DNA of 64,000 nucleotides from an uncultured Solirubrobacterales bacterium (GCA_963803475.1 CAWDMR010000009.1:3697-67696), one strand, 5' to 3'; counted from the first letter of the stretch, positions 1-14,447 are shown. Notes: generated by a model from the letters alone, not told the origin. A program made the numbers and translations.

Positions 1-1259
1 GTGCTGTACCGCAGTGCCAAGTCTGATCCCGCCCGTCGCTTCCATGCCCTGTACGGCCACGTCGCCCGCAGCGACATCTTGTGGCGGGCGTGGGGCGACG
101 TCGCAGCCAACGAGGGCGCCCCCGGCGTCGACGGCGTGTCCAAAGCCTCGATCGCCGACGGGGACAGGGAGGCGGTGTCCGGCCTTCCTCGATGAGATCG
201 CCGCAGCGCTTGCGGACGGACCTACCGGCCCGCCCCCCTGCGGCGGGTGTAGATCCCCAAGCCGGGACGGCCGGGAGACCGGCCGCTGGGCATACCCACC
301 GTTCGTGACCGGGTGGTGATGGCGGCAGCCAAGATCGTCCTCGAGCCGGTCTTCGAGGCCGACTTCCTGCCATCGAGCTTCGGGTTCCGACCGAAGCGTT
401 CGGCCCTGGGGGCCGTCGAGGCGTTCCGGGTCGAGGCCAACCGGGGGGCGGACTGGGTGCTCGACGCCGACGTGAGGGACTGCTTCGGCCAGATCGATCA
501 CGACGCCTTGATGGCCAGGTGGCCGAACGGGTGTCGGATCGATCGATGCTCAAGCTGATCCGGTCGTGGCTGCGGGCGGGGGTCTGTCGAGGGCGGGGTG
601 TCCGACCCGGTGTCGGGAACCCCGCAGGGCTCGCCGATCTCCCCCCTGCTGGCCAATATCGCCCTGCACGTCTTGGACGTGGCGTGGCAGCGGCGGGCCG
701 GGCCCTCGGTGTGCTTGTCCGCTACGCCGACGACTTCGTGGTCATCTGCCCGACCCGGCAAAGGGCCGAAGAGGCCCGGACCCGGGCGGTGGCGGTGCTG
801 GCCGGTCTGGGGTTTCAGCTGCAACCCGGACAAGACCAGGATCGTCTGCCTCACCCGAGGCGCAGAGGGCTTCGACTTCTTGGGCTTCCACTCCACAAGG
901 TGGAGTCCTGGCGTTGGCGGGGCCGCTGGTATCTGCAGCGCTGGCCGTCCACCCGGGCCATGGGCGTCATCCGGGACAAGGTCAGGGTGCAGACCGACCG
1001 AGCGGCGGCTCGTGGGCTGGTCGCTCGGAGACGGTGGTGGAACTCCTCAACCCCGTCCTGCGGGGGTGGGGCGATTACTTCCGGGACGGCAACTCCGCCC
1101 GCAAGTTCGCCGTCCTCGACGGCTACGTCCATGAGCGGCTGGCCATCTTGGCCAGCAACAAGTACCACCGCCGGCGCCGGTCGGCACTGGACCACCCGCT
1201 TCAACGGCGAGTGGCTCGCCGGGCTGGGGGTCTACCGGCTGACCGGGACGGTGCGCTAG
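1..1259 (+). CDS. ltrA: Group II intron reverse transcriptase/maturase, no endonuclease domain; 5'-partial, frameshifted, in-frame TAG at 250-252
   Basis: Motifs across frames: FHALY, GAPGVDG, RPLGIPTVRDRV, SFGFRPKRS, WVLDAD, GTPQGSPISPLLANI, VRYADDFV, FDFLGF, LNPVLRGWGDYF. Confidence 0.93.
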
Positions 1260-1293
1260 GGATGCCGCATGCCTGACGGTGAACGGTGTCGGA

Positions 1294-1402
1294 GAGCCGT
1301 GTGCGGGAGAACCGCACGCACGGTTCGATGCGGCGGCGGGAGGCAGAAAACGACCAGTCGGCTCAGTCCGTGCAGTCGGATGACGCCTCCCGCCGACCCT
1401 AC
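1294..1402 (+). ncRNA. Group II intron ribozyme domains V and VI
   Basis: gAGCcgtgtgcgggagaaccgcACgcacggttc (AGC triad, AC bulge); D6 stem cggcgggaggc/gcctcccgccg, bulged A, AC 3' end. Confidence 0.9.
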
Positions 1403-1665
1403 ATAGCTGTCAAGCCATCCGAATGCGCCAGCGGACAGCCGCGAGAAGGTTGGCGGGGCGGGGCCCCCCGGCCCCCGCTCCCGCCTCCGTCCCGCCTCAG
1501 TGGCCGTCGATGGCGGGATCACGCGTATCGAGCGTGCTTCTCACACCATTTCTCGGCATCTAGGCGCCGAGCCCCGCGGCTGACCGCGGTTTGCCGACGT
1601 TTGTTTGAGCCCGCGAGCGGAGGTAGGCTGCTCTGCGCGGGTTTAACGAGAGAGGCGAATTCCAG

Positions 1666-4600
1666 ATGGCGGTGAAGGCGGCGGACCTCGAGGCGGAGCT
1701 GATCGACACCGTCTGCGCGCGGATTCGCGAGCGGCTGCCCGACGACCAGATCGCCCCGTGCGAGGCGTTCGTGCGCCAGTACTACCACTGGGTCCCGGCC
1801 GAGGATCTCGCCGGGCGCAGCCCGCTGGACCTGTACGGCGCCGCGGTCGCGCACTGGAACCTGATCCAGCAGCGGGGTCCCGGCGAGGCCAAGGTGCACG
1901 TCTACAACCCCGAATTCGAGCACCACGGCTGGCAGTCGCCGCACACGGTCGTCGAGATCGTCACCGACGACATGCCGTTCATCGTCGACTCGGTGACGAT
2001 GGAGCTGGTGCGCCAGGGCTACGGGATCGACCTCGTGATCCACCCGGTGATCAGGGTCCGCCGTGAGGAGTCCGGGGCGCTGGCACAGCTGCTCGAGCCG
2101 GGCGCGGCCCCGGGGGACGCCACCCGCGAGTCGATCCTGCACATCGAGGTGATGCGCGAGCCCGATCGCGCGCGGTGGCGACGCTCCGAGAGAGCGTCGA
2201 GCGGGTGCTGGGCGAGGTCCGGGTCGCGGTCCGGGACTGGCAGCCGATGCGCGAGCGCGCGCAGACTCTGGCCGAGGAGCTCGACGAGCACCCGCCGCCG
2301 ATCGACCCCGACGAGCTCGAGGAGGTCAAGGCATTCCTGGCCTGGCTGGCGGACGACCACTTCACGTTCCTGGGCTACCGCGAGTACGACCTGGTCGAAG
2401 CGGAGGGCGAGCCAGGACTGCGGGCGATCCCGGACTCGGGCCTGGGGATCCTCCGCGGCGCTCCGGCCACGCCGTACACGAAGCTGGGGCCGAAGGCGGT
2501 GGAGCTGGCGCAGGCGGCGCATCCGCTGGTGCTGACCAAGGCGAACTCCCGGGCCACCGTCCACCGCCCCGCCTACCTCGACTACATCGGCGTCAAGCGG
2601 TTCGCGCCGGACGGCCAGGTGATCGGCGAGCGCCGCTTCCTCGGCCTGTACACGACCGCCGCCTACAAGGCGAACCTGCGAGACATCCCGCTGCTGCGCG
2701 GCAAGGTCGACGGGCGTCATGACCCGAGCCGGCTTCCCGCCGGACAGCCACGACGCCAAGGCGCTGCTCGAGATCCTCGAGTCCTATCCGCGCGACTCGC
2801 TGTTCCAGATCGAGGCCGACGAGCTGTTCGAGATGGCGATGGGGATCCTGGGGCTGGGCGAGCGCCAGCGGGTGCGCCTGTTCGTGCGGCGGGACCCGCT
2901 GGACCGCTTCGTCGCCTGCCTGGTCGTGCATTCCGCGCGACCGCTTCAACACCGAGAACCGCGAGCGGGTCGGCCGGATCCTGCTCGAGGAGTTCGGCGG
3001 CAGCGCACCTCGACTGGACCCTGCAGCTGTCGGAGTCGCTGCTCGCGCGCGTGCACTACATCGTCCACTGCCCCGATGGCGTGCCCGAGGACTACGACGT
3101 GGCGGAGATCGAGTCGCGGCTGGTGCAGGCGACGCGGGCATGGACCGACGATCTGCGCGAGGCGCTGGTCGAGGAGCACGGCGAGGAGCGCGGGCTGGCC
3201 TGTTCAGGCGCTACGAGCGGGCGTTCCCGCCCGGCTACCGCTCCGACTGGGTGGCGCGCTCGGCGGTGGCCGACATCGACCGGCTCGAGGAGCTGGAGGC
3301 GTCCGAGCGAGCCGATCATCAGCCTGTACCGCCCGCTCGAGGCCCAGGCGGGCGTGGTCCGCTGCAAGCTGTTCAGCTCCGGCGGCGTGTTGCTCTCCGA
3401 CGTGCTGCCGACGTTCGAGCACATGGGCGCGCGGGTGGTCGACGAGCGGCCCTACGAGATCACCGCCCGACGGCGCGACCCGGTGTGGATCTACGACTTC
3501 GGGCTGCGAGTCGCCGCCGAGGACGTCGAGCGCGTGCGCGACATCTTCCAGGAGGCGTTCCTCGGCGTGTGGCGCGGCGAGCTCGAGGACGACGGCCTCG
3601 ACGGGCTGGTGCTCGCGCGCCGGGCTGAGCGGCCGGCAGATCACGATCCTCCGGGCGATCGCCAAGTACCTGCGCCAGGCCGGGCATCGCGTTCTCGGAC
3701 GCCTACATGGAGCGCACGCTGCTCGGCCCATCCCGACATCGCGACGCTGCTGGTGGAGCTGTTCGTCGCCCGGTTCGACCCCGACCAGCGGAGCTCCGAG
3801 CGCCGGAGGCGATCGCCGGGCAGATCGAGCAGGCGATCGACGCGGTCGAGAGCCTGGACGAGGACCGGATCCTGCGCAGCTTCCTGCGTGGTCAGCGGGC
3901 GATCCTGCGCACGAACTGCTTCCGCGGGATGCCGGCGGCGGCGGCCTGCGCTCGTCTCTGTCGTTCAAGCTCGACCCGAGCGGCTGCCGCTGCTGCCGCT
4001 GCCGCGGCCGCGGTTCGAGATCTTCGTGTACTCGCCGCGGGTCGAGGGCGTGCACCTGCGCGGCGGCAAGGTGGCTCGCGGCGGGCTGCGCTGGTCGGAC
4101 CGGCGCGAGGACTTCCGCACCGAGATCCTCGGGCTGATGAAGGCGCAGATGGTCAAGAACGCGCTGATCGTGCCGGTCGGCTCCAAGGGCGGGTTCGTGG
4201 TCAAGCGCCCGCCCGCCGACGGCGGCCGCGAGGCGCTCCAGGCCGAGGCGGATCGAGTGCTACCGGATCTTCCTGCGCGGCCTGCTCGACCTGACCGACA
4301 ACATCGTCGGCGGCGACGTGCGCCCCCCGAACGCGTGGTGCGCTACGACGAGGACGATCCCTACCTGGTCGTGGCCGCCGACAAGGGCACCGCGACGTTC
4401 TCGGACATCGCCAACCAGCGTCTCCGCCGAGTACGGCTTCTGGCTGGGCGACGCGTTCGCCTCCGGCGGCTCGCACGGCTACGACCACAAGGAGATGGGG
4501 ATCACCGCCCGCGGCGCCTGGGAGTCGGTCAAGCGCCACTTCCGCGAGCTCGGGACGCGACATCCAGCAGACCGACTTCACCGTCGTCGGGATCGGCGAC

Positions 4601-6548
4601 ATGTCCGGCGACGTGTTCGGCAACGGGATGCTGCTCTCCCGGCACATCAAGCTGCTGGCGGCGTTCAACCACCTGCACGTGTTCCTCGACCCGGACCCCG
4701 ATCCGGAGGCCAGCTTCGAGGAGCGCAGGCGCCTGTTCGAGCTGGCGCGCTCGGCCTGGAGCGACTACGACGGAGCGTTGATCTCGCCGGGCGGCGGCGT
4801 GTATCCGCGCACCGCCAAGTCGATCCCGCTCTCCGACGCAGGTGCGCGAGGCGCTGGCGATCGAGCGCCGACGAGCTGGCCCCGGCCGAGCTGATCCGCG
4901 GCGATCCTCCGCGCGCCGGTCGATCTGCTGTGGAACGGCGGCATCGGCACCTACGTGAAGGCCTCGGCCGAGACGCACGCCGACGCCGGCGACAAGACCA
5001 ACGACGCGGTGCGGGTGGACGGGAGCGAGCTGCGCTGCCGGGTGGTGGGGGAGGGCGGGAACCTCGGCTTCACCCAGCGGGGACGGATCGAGTACGCGCT
5101 CGGGCGGGCGGCGCGGATCAACACCGACGCGATCGACAACGTCGCGGGGGTCAACTGCTCCGACCACGAGGTCAACATCAAGATCCTGCTCGACGCGCTG
5201 GTCGCGGCCGGCGACATGACCGAGAAGCAGCGCAACGAGCTGCTGGTGGAGATGACCGACGCGGTCGCCGAGCGGGTGCTGTACGGCAGCTACACCCAGA
5301 CCCAGGCGATGAGCCTGGCGCTGGCGCAGGCCAGCCCCGATGGTCGACGTCCACGCCCGCCTGATCCGCCAACTCGAGCAGGTGGCCGGGCTGGACCGCG
5401 AGATCGAGTTCCTGCCCAGCGAGGACGCGATCGCCGAGCGCAAGGCCGCGCACGAGGGGCTGGTCGCCCCCGAGCTGGCGGTGGTGATGGCCTACTGCAA
5501 GATCCACCTGTACGCGCGCGCTGCTCGAGTCCGACCTGCCCGAGGACGAGTACCTGGCCCACGACCTCGAGCGCTACTTCCCGCCGCCGCTGCCCGAGCG
5601 CTACCGCGGGCCAGATGCGACGCCACCGCCTGCGCCGGGAGATCATCGCGACGGTGGTCGCCAACCAGCTCGTCGACCGCGCCGGCACCACGTTCGTGTT
5701 CCGGCTGCACGAGGAGACCGGCGCCTCGGCCTCGCATGCTCGCGCGCGGCTACGCCGTGGCCCGCGAGGTGTTCGACATGCGCCGGTTCTTGGTCGGCGG
5801 TCGAGGCGCTGGACAACCGGGTCGAGGCCGCGGACCGCAGCTGCGAGATGCTGATCGAGGGGCGGCGGCTGGTCGAGCGCGCCACCCGCTGGCTGGTGCG
5901 GGCCAATCCGCAGACGATCAACATCGCGGTGACGATCCAGCACTTCGAGCCCGGAGCACAGATGATGCTGGCGCGGCGCTGCCGGAGGTGCTCGACGGCG
6001 AGCGACCGGGAGATGTTCGATGCCCGGTCCGAGCGAGCTGCAGAGGCCGGCGTGCCCGCGACCGCTGGCCCGGCGGGTGGCGGGGATGCCGGCGCTGCTG
6101 TCGCACGTTCGACATCGTCGAGGTGGCGGAGGCGACCAGACGCGAGCCGGAAGCGGTGATGACGACGTACTTCCGGCTGGGATCCCGGCTGGAGCTCAAC
6201 TGGCTGCGGGATCGGATCATCGAGCTGCCGCGGGCCAATCGCTGGCAGGCGCTGGCCCGGGCGGCGCTGCGCGACGATCTCTACAGCCTGCACCGCTCGC
6301 TGACCCAGGAGGTGCTCGAGACGGGCGGCGCGCGAACGGCGACCAGCGAGCGGCGATCGAGGCCTGGTCAGCACCGCAACGCCGCGGCGGTGGAGCGCTG
6401 CCTGAGGATGCTGGCCGACATCAAGGCCTCGCGCAGCTACGACACCACCACGCTGCCGGTGGCGCTGCGCGAGGTGCGCAACCTGATCCGAGGCGGCGGG
6501 CGGGAGGGCGGCACGCCCGGAGCCGAGACGTTCACGATGGCCGGATAG
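1666..6548 (+). CDS. gdhB: Large NAD-specific glutamate dehydrogenase (~1600 aa), many frameshifts
   Basis: [107 protein letters not shown]. Confidence 0.93.
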
Positions 6549-6630
6549 CCGAAGCCGGACGGCTGCGGACGAGTTCGGGGCACGCCGGGCTCACCGCGGG
6601 CGGGCGGTGGCCGCTGGAGGATGCTCGCTC

Positions 6631-6744
6631 GCCTTGAAGTTCGACCACGTATGCGACGGACGAACTCCATCGCGGCGCTCGGCGGCGGAGATATCGGAGT
6701 CCGACCAGGTCCCACGTCGATTCCCGCCGGACCGGAGCTAAGGC
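6631..6744. repeat. Double inverted-repeat intergenic element
   Basis: Arms gaagttcgacc/ggacgaactcc and ggagtccgacc/ggaccggagct with starts 60 bp apart; outer gcctt/aaggc. Confidence 0.5.
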
Positions 6745-6898
6745 CGCCGCCCCCGACCGTTCCCGCAGCGCGCCACAGCGACCCCATCCGTACACGACCA
6801 GATCACGAACCAGGCCAGGAAGAACGCCAGCGGTCCGGTGACCGCGCGCGCTGCCAACCGTCAACGCACAGGCGGAAGCTATCGTCTGCTGAAGTCCG

Positions 6899-8401
6899 AT
6901 GGCCTCGCCCGTCAAGACGAACCGTCACCGAGCTGCCCGAGTCGCGCGTGCGCGTCCAGGCGGAGGTGCCGGCCGACGAGGTCGAGCGCCGGGTGCAGCA
7001 GGCGGCCAGGGCGCTCGGGCCGTCAGATGCGGATCCCCGGGTTTCGCAAGGGCAAGGTTCCGCCGCCGGTGGTGATCCGCCGGCTCGGACGCGAGGCCGT
7101 GCTCGACGAGGCGGTGCGTGCGTCGCTGGGCAGCTGGTACGTGGACGCGATCGACGAAGCCGGGATCACTCCCGTGGGGGAGCCCGACCTCGACGTCGGG
7201 GACCTGCCGGGCCAGGGCGAGCCGCTGGCGTTCTCGATCGAGATCGGCGTGCGCCCGCGGGCGTAGCTGGGCGACTACAAGGGCCTCGAGGTCGGCCGCC
7301 GTGAGCCGCGTGGTGAGGACGAGGCGGTCGACGCGGAGCTCGAGCGCCTGCGGGACCGGTTTGCCACGCTCGAGACGGTGGAGCGGCCGGCGCAGAACGG
7401 CGACCACGTGCGTGATCGACTACGTCGGCCGGCTCGATGGAGAGCCGTTCGAGGGCGGAGAGGGCCGCGATCAGCTGCTCGAGCTCGGATCCGGACGGCT
7501 GATCCCGGGCTTCGAGGAGCAGCTGGTCGGCACCGGGGCCGGCGAGCAGCGCACGGTGCGAGGTCACCTTTCCGGAGGATTACCCCGGCGATCTGGGCGG
7601 TAGGGAGGCGACGTTCGAGGTGACCGTGGGCGAGGTCAAGGCCAAGCGACTGCCCGAGCTGGATGACGAGTTCGCCTCCGAGGCCTCCGAGTTCGACTCG
7701 CTCGAGGAGCTGCGCGAGGACATCCGCAGCGCGTCTGCGAGAGGTCGAGGAGCAGGCGATCGAGCGGGAGTTCCGTGAGGCCGTGGTGGACGCCGCCGCG
7801 GCCGAGGCGAAGATCGAGCTGCCCGAGCGCCTGGTGCACGCGCGCGCGCACGAGCTGCTGGAGCAGACGCTGTCCGCGCTGGCCCGGCAGGGCATCTCCA
7901 AGGAGGCCTACCTGCGGATCGCGGGCAAGGACGAGGAGACGCTGGCGCACGAGGCGGAGCCGGAGGCGGCCAAGGCGCTGCGACGCGAGGCCGTGCTGGC
8001 GGCGTCGTGGAGGCCGAGCGGATCGAGCCCACCGAGGAGCAGGTGCTCGAGGAGCTCGAGCCCGCTGCCCAGCGCGCCGGCAGCCGGCGCCGACGAGCTG
8101 CTGGAGCGCATGCGTAAGAACGGCCAGCTGGACCGGCTGCGCCAGGACGTCGCCGAGCAACTGGCGGTCGAGCTGTTGGTGTCCGGCGCGGAGGCCGATC
8201 AGCGTCGAGCAGGCCAAGGCGCGCCAGAAGCTGTGGACCCCGGGCAAGGACGAGCCCGAGGGCGGCGGCGGCCAGCTCTGGACCCCGGGCAGCGCTGCCC
8301 GTCGCGCCCGCAGGCCGCCGCCGGACCAGGCCGGCCTGGATCCGCGATTGCTACATTCGGCAGGAATCCGGGCGTGCAAGCAAAAGAAGCGAGGACCATG
8401 A
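6899..8401 (+). CDS. tig: Trigger factor (frameshifted; in-frame TAG 7264-7266; true end may be ~8295)
   Basis: [36 protein letters not shown]; directly upstream of clpP-clpX. Confidence 0.92.
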
Positions 8402-8981
8402 GCCCACTGGTACCGATGGTCGTCGAGCAGACCTCCCGCGGGGAGCGCGCGTTCGACATCTACAGCCGCCTGTTGAACGAGCGGATCGTCTTCCTGGGGA
8501 CTCCGGTCGACGACCAGATCGCAAACCTGATCGTCGCCCAGCTGCTGCATCTGGAGTCCGAAGATCCCGACAAGGACATCTCGGTGTACATCAATTCGCC
8601 CGGCGGTTCGGTGTATGCCGGCCTGGCGATCTACGACACGATGCAGTTCATAGGCCCGATGTGCAGACGATCTGCGTCGGAATCGCGATGTCGATGGGCG
8701 CGCTGCTGTTGTCGGGCGGCGCGAGCGGCAAACGCATGGCCCTGCCGAACGCCAAGATCCTAATCCATCAAGTTTCGTCCAGCTTTCAGGGACAAGCCAC
8801 TGACATTGAGATCCACGCTAAAGAGATCATCGATGTTCGCCGACGCCTCGATGAGATCATCGCCAAGCACACGGGCAAGGATCTGGACAAGGTGCGGGCG
8901 GACACCGAGCGTGACTATTTCATGAGCTCTGAGGAGGCGAAGGACTACGGAATCATTGACCGCGTGATCTCGCAGCACTGA
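8398..8981 (+). CDS. clpP: Clp protease proteolytic subunit (one frameshift ~8658)
   Basis: [53 protein letters not shown]. Confidence 0.96.
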
Positions 8982-9048
8982 GGGGCTACTCTTAGGCAAG
9001 CGAGTTCGGGCGATTACGCGCCGTACTCCGGAGAGAGAGATTGCACTG

Positions 9049-10314
<1,266 letters not shown>

Positions 10315-10345
10315 GCGAAGGGCCCCCGGTACCGGAGGCCCTCGC
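10315..10345 (+). terminator. Hairpin after clpX
   Basis: gcga-agggcc-cccgg-ta-ccgg-aggccct-cgc directly after the stop codon; no U tract. Confidence 0.35.
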
Positions 10346-10348
10346 GAA

Positions 10349-10524
10349 GTGATCGCGCTGTCAGGGAGGCTCTGATCCTCCCCGGCAGGATGTCGATCAC
10401 CTGCCGTTCGCCTGGCTCGGGATTGTGACGTCCTCATCCCTGCCCCTGAGGAGATTTGGTGACCAGGGTGTGGAGATGCCGTAAACCACGGGTTTGAGAC
10501 AGCCTCCTGGAGTCCTAGACTCAC
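10349..10524 (+). ncRNA. Candidate 6S-like structured RNA
   Basis: Nested pairings tcagggaggct/agcctcctgg, cggca/tgccg, cctgg/ccagg, tcctca/tgagga; side hairpin aaacc-ac-gggttt; G-U pairs favour the + strand. Confidence 0.55.
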
Positions 10525-10530
10525 GCCCCG

Positions 10531-13075
10531 ATGTCAGACCTCGACCAGAAGACGCGTTACGACCCAGCCGCGGTCGAACCGCGGATCGTCGAGCGCTGGC
10601 TTGAGTCCGGCCTGTTCCATCCCGCACCCGAGGGCAGCGCCGAGGAGAACTACTCGATCGCGATCCCGCCACCGAACGTCACGGGCGTGCTCCACATGGG
10701 CCATGCGCTGAACAATTCGGTGCAGGACTGCCTGATCCGCTACCACCGGATGCGGGGCCGGCGAACCAAGTGGATCCTCGGCACCGACCACGCCGGGATC
10801 GCCACGCAGACCCAGGTCGAACGCGCGCTGCTCGAGGAGGGCGCCAGCCGCGAGGAGCTGGGCCGAAGCCGGTTCGTCGAGCGCGTGTGGGCCTGGCGCG
10901 AGCAGTACGGCGGCGCGATCATCGAGCAGCTCAAGCGCCTGGGCGCCTCATGCGACTACGAAGAGGAGCGGTTCACGCTGGATGACGAATACGTGCGGGC
11001 GGTGCTGCACGTGTTCGTGGCGCTGTACGACAAGGGCTACATCTACCGCGACCGCTACCTGGTCAACTGGGACCCGGGCACGCGTTCGGCGATCTCCGAT
11101 CTCGAGGTCGAAGACCGCGAGGTCACCGACACGCTCTACTACATCGATTACCCGCTGGAATCGGGCTCGGGCGCGATCACGGTGGCCACCGTTCGCCCGG
11201 AGACGATGCTGGCCGACACCGCGATCGCCGTGCATCCGGACGATGAGCGCTACCAGCGGCTGATCGGGGAGACGGCGATCCTGCCGCTGGTCGGGCGGCG
11301 CCTGAGGATCATCGCCGACGAGTACGTCAAGCCGGAGTTCGGGACCGGCGCGCTGAAGATCACCCCCGGCCACGATCCCAACGACTTCGAGATCGGGCGC
11401 CGGCACGGGCTGGCCGAGATCACGGTGATCGGCGAGGACGGCCGGATCACGGCGGACGCACCCGAGCAGTTCGTGGGTCTGACGGTGGCCGAGGCCCAGG
11501 AGGCCGTCGTGACCGCGTTGCGCGCGGCCGGGCTGATCGCCCGCACCGAGGCCTACACCCACCTGGTCCCGTTCTCCCATCGCTCCGGGGAGCGGATCGA
11601 GCCGCTCATCTCGTTGCAGTGGTTCATGCGCATGGAGGAGCTCGCGGCTGCGGCGATCCAGGCGGTGCGCGACGGACGACTGCGAATCCATCCGAACTCC
11701 GAGCGGCTCCGGTATCTCCAGGTGGCTGGAGAACATCCGCCCGTGGTGCATCTCCCGCCAGCTGTGGTGGGGTCATCAGATCCCCGTTTGGTACAAGGGC
11801 ACCGAGGTGCGCGCCGGGCGTCTCCGCCCCGGCCGAGGACGGCTGGGAGCGCGATCCGGACGTGCTCGACACGTGGTTCTCCAGCGCCCTGTGGCCGTTC
11901 GCGACGCTGGGTTGGCCGGACGACACGCCCGAGCTGCAAGCGTTCTATCCCACCGACGTGCTCTCGACGGCGCGCGACATCATCTTCCTGTGGGTGGCCC
12001 GGATGGTGATGATGGGGCTCGAGTTCACGGGCGAGGTGCCGTTCAGCGACGTGTACGTGCACTCGATCATCCTGGCGCCCGACGGCCGCCGCATGTCGAA
12101 GTCGCTGGGCACCGGCATCGACCCCATGGATCTGATCACTTCCCACGGGGCAGACGCCACCCGGTGGGGCCTGCTGGCGATGTCCTCCGGCCAGGATGTC
12201 CGCTTCAGCGTGGACAAGGTGACGCAGGGACAGCAGCTCGCAAACAAGTTGTGGAACGCCTCACGGCTGATCCTGCTGCGGATCGATGACTCGGTCCGGC
12301 CGGCGGTCAACCCGGCCCGGATCGAGGACCGCTGGATCCTGTCCCGGCTGGAGCGAGCCAAGGCCTCGGTCGAGTCCCGGATCGACGGCTTCGACTTCTC
12401 GCACGCCGCCCTGGAGCTGTACGACTTCGTGTATGGCGAGCTGTGCGACTGGTACCTGGAGCTGGTCAAGCCGCGGCTGTACGAGGGCGAGCCGGCCTGC
12501 ACCCGGACGTTGCTGCACGTGCTGCTGCAGACGCTCGCGCTGGCGCACCCGATGATCCCGTTCGTGACCGAGGAGATCTACGGATACATACCGGGCAGCA
12601 CCGGCCTGCTGGCGGCGGGGCTGCCGTCGGCGGATGGGTTCGCCCGCGATCCGCAGGCCGAGGAGGCGCTGGGGCGGGCGATCCAAGCCGTTCAGGCGCT
12701 CCGGGGGTGGCGGGATCACGCCGGCGTGCGCGCGGCCGCGCGCGTGCCGGCCCGGCTGGCGGCCCCCGGGTACGAGGAGACCGCCGAGCACGTTGGCCGG
12801 CTGGCGCGGATCGAGCTGTCTGCGGACGGAGGTCACCCGGTCGCCTCGGTGCCGGTGCCCGGCGGGGTCGTGGAGATCCTGGCCACGAATGAGTTCGACC
12901 CGGCCACGCTGGAGCGCAAGCAGGACGCCGAGCGCGGCCGGCTCGAGGCCGAGATCGAGCGCTCGCGAGCGCAAGCTGGCCAACCCGGGCTTCGTGGGCC
13001 AGGCCCCGCGCCGACGTGGTCCAGGCGGAGCGTGACAAGCTGACGCGCCTGCGGTCCGAGCTGGAGGCGCTGTGA
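10531..13075 (+). CDS. valS: Valine--tRNA ligase (frameshifted)
   Basis: [39 protein letters not shown]-terminal coiled coil. Confidence 0.96.
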
Positions 13076-14328
13076 TGTCTTCGTTTTCGCTCGAGGATGC
13101 CGAGCGGTATCTGCTGTCGCTCGAGCTGTTCGGGATGCGGTTCGGTCTGGACCGGATGCGGAGACTGATGACCGCGCTGGGTCATCCGGAGCGCTCGTTC
13201 GAGTCGATCCACGTGGTGGGCACCAACGGAAAGTCCTCCACGGCGCGGATGATCGCGGCGATTCTGCGCCTGCACGGAGTCCGCGTAGGCGCGTACCTGT
13301 CCCCGCACCTGGTCTCGTTTGCCGAACGCATCCGGATCGGCGATCAGGATCTCGATCCGGTCTCATTCGCGGCCGCGGTGTCGCGGGCGGCGCGCGCCGC
13401 GGAGCTGGTCGACCGCTCGTTGCCCGAGGGTGACCGCGTCACGCAGTTCGAGGCGCTGACCGCCGCCGCATATTCCGAGCTCGCCCGGCGGGACGTGGCA
13501 GTGTCGGTGATCGAGGCGGGCCTGGGCGGCCGCTTCGACGCGACCAACGTGATCCCGTCCGGCGTGCAGGTGCTGACCAGCGTCGGGCTGGAGCACACGC
13601 GCTGGCTCGGCCCCACGATCACCGACATCGCCCGGGAGAAGCTCGATGTGGTGCAGCCCGGCGCGACGCTGGTTCTGGGGGCGGGCTTGCCCGCGGACGC
13701 GCTGGCGGTGGCTAACCAGGTCGCCCGCGAGCGCGGCGCGCGGATCGTCACGGCGGGCGTCGACCCGGGCGTGCGCCGTGGCGGCGCTGGGCACGTTTCA
13801 GCGACGCAACTTCGCCGTCGCGCTGGCGGCCGCAGACCGCCTAGCTGGGTCGGTGGATGCGGATGCGGTGGCGGCCGCGGCGGCCGACCGTGCAGGTGCC
13901 GGGGCGGCTTCAGGTGATCGACCGCGATCCGCTGACGCTGTTCGACGGGGCCCACAACCCGACGGGATGGCGGCGCTCGCCGAGTCCCTGCCGGAGCTGG
14001 TGGCCGGACACGACCGGCTGGTGGCCGCGGTCTCGATTCTCGACGACAAGGACGCTGCTGGCATGCTGGAGGCGCTGCTGCCGGCGTGCGACGCGGTCGT
14101 CTTCACCAGCAGTCAGAATCCTCGCGCCTTGCCGCCGCCGACGCTCCAATCCCTCGCCGGCCAGCTGTCCGGGCCGCGCTCCGAGGTGGTGCCGAGACCC
14201 GAGGTCGCGCTTGCGCGCGCGCGTGAGCTCGCGGGCGCGGAGGGCGTGGTGCTGGCCACCGGTTCGATCTATCTCGTCGGCCGATCTGCTGGCGCCGGCC
14301 GGTGGCCGCGCGCGCCTCGACGCTGTGA
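13075..14328 (+). CDS. folC: Folylpolyglutamate synthase/dihydrofolate synthase (frameshifted)
   Basis: HVVGTNGKSST, EAGLGGRFDATN, DGAHNP, TGSIYLV; follows valS. Confidence 0.93.
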
Positions 14329-14447
14329 ACGAGCGCGACGATCACCCGAGCTTCCTGACGATGATCGGGCTGGTGGCGCTGATCGTCGCCGTCGTCATCC
14401 TGGTGTTCTTCGGGATCGGCTACCTGTTCGGCAGGTTGTTCCTCTAG
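14325..14447 (+). CDS. 40-aa single-pass membrane protein
   Basis: GTG overlaps the folC stop (GTGA); MNERDDHPSFLTMIGLVALIVAVVILVFFGIGYLFGRLFL. Confidence 0.65.
   Translation: MNERDDHPSFLTMIGLVALIVAVVILVFFGIGYLFGRLFL

Larger units (their letters stand above)
1..1402 (+). mobile_element. Group II intron (5' part outside window)
   Basis: RT/maturase ORF followed by D5 (1294-1326) and D6 ending ...ccgAccctac at 1402. Confidence 0.92.

Noticed and set aside
10455-10485. T-box riboswitch upstream of valS
   Set aside because: cagggtgtggag lacks the TGGNACC antiterminator motif, and no specifier stem is recognisable.
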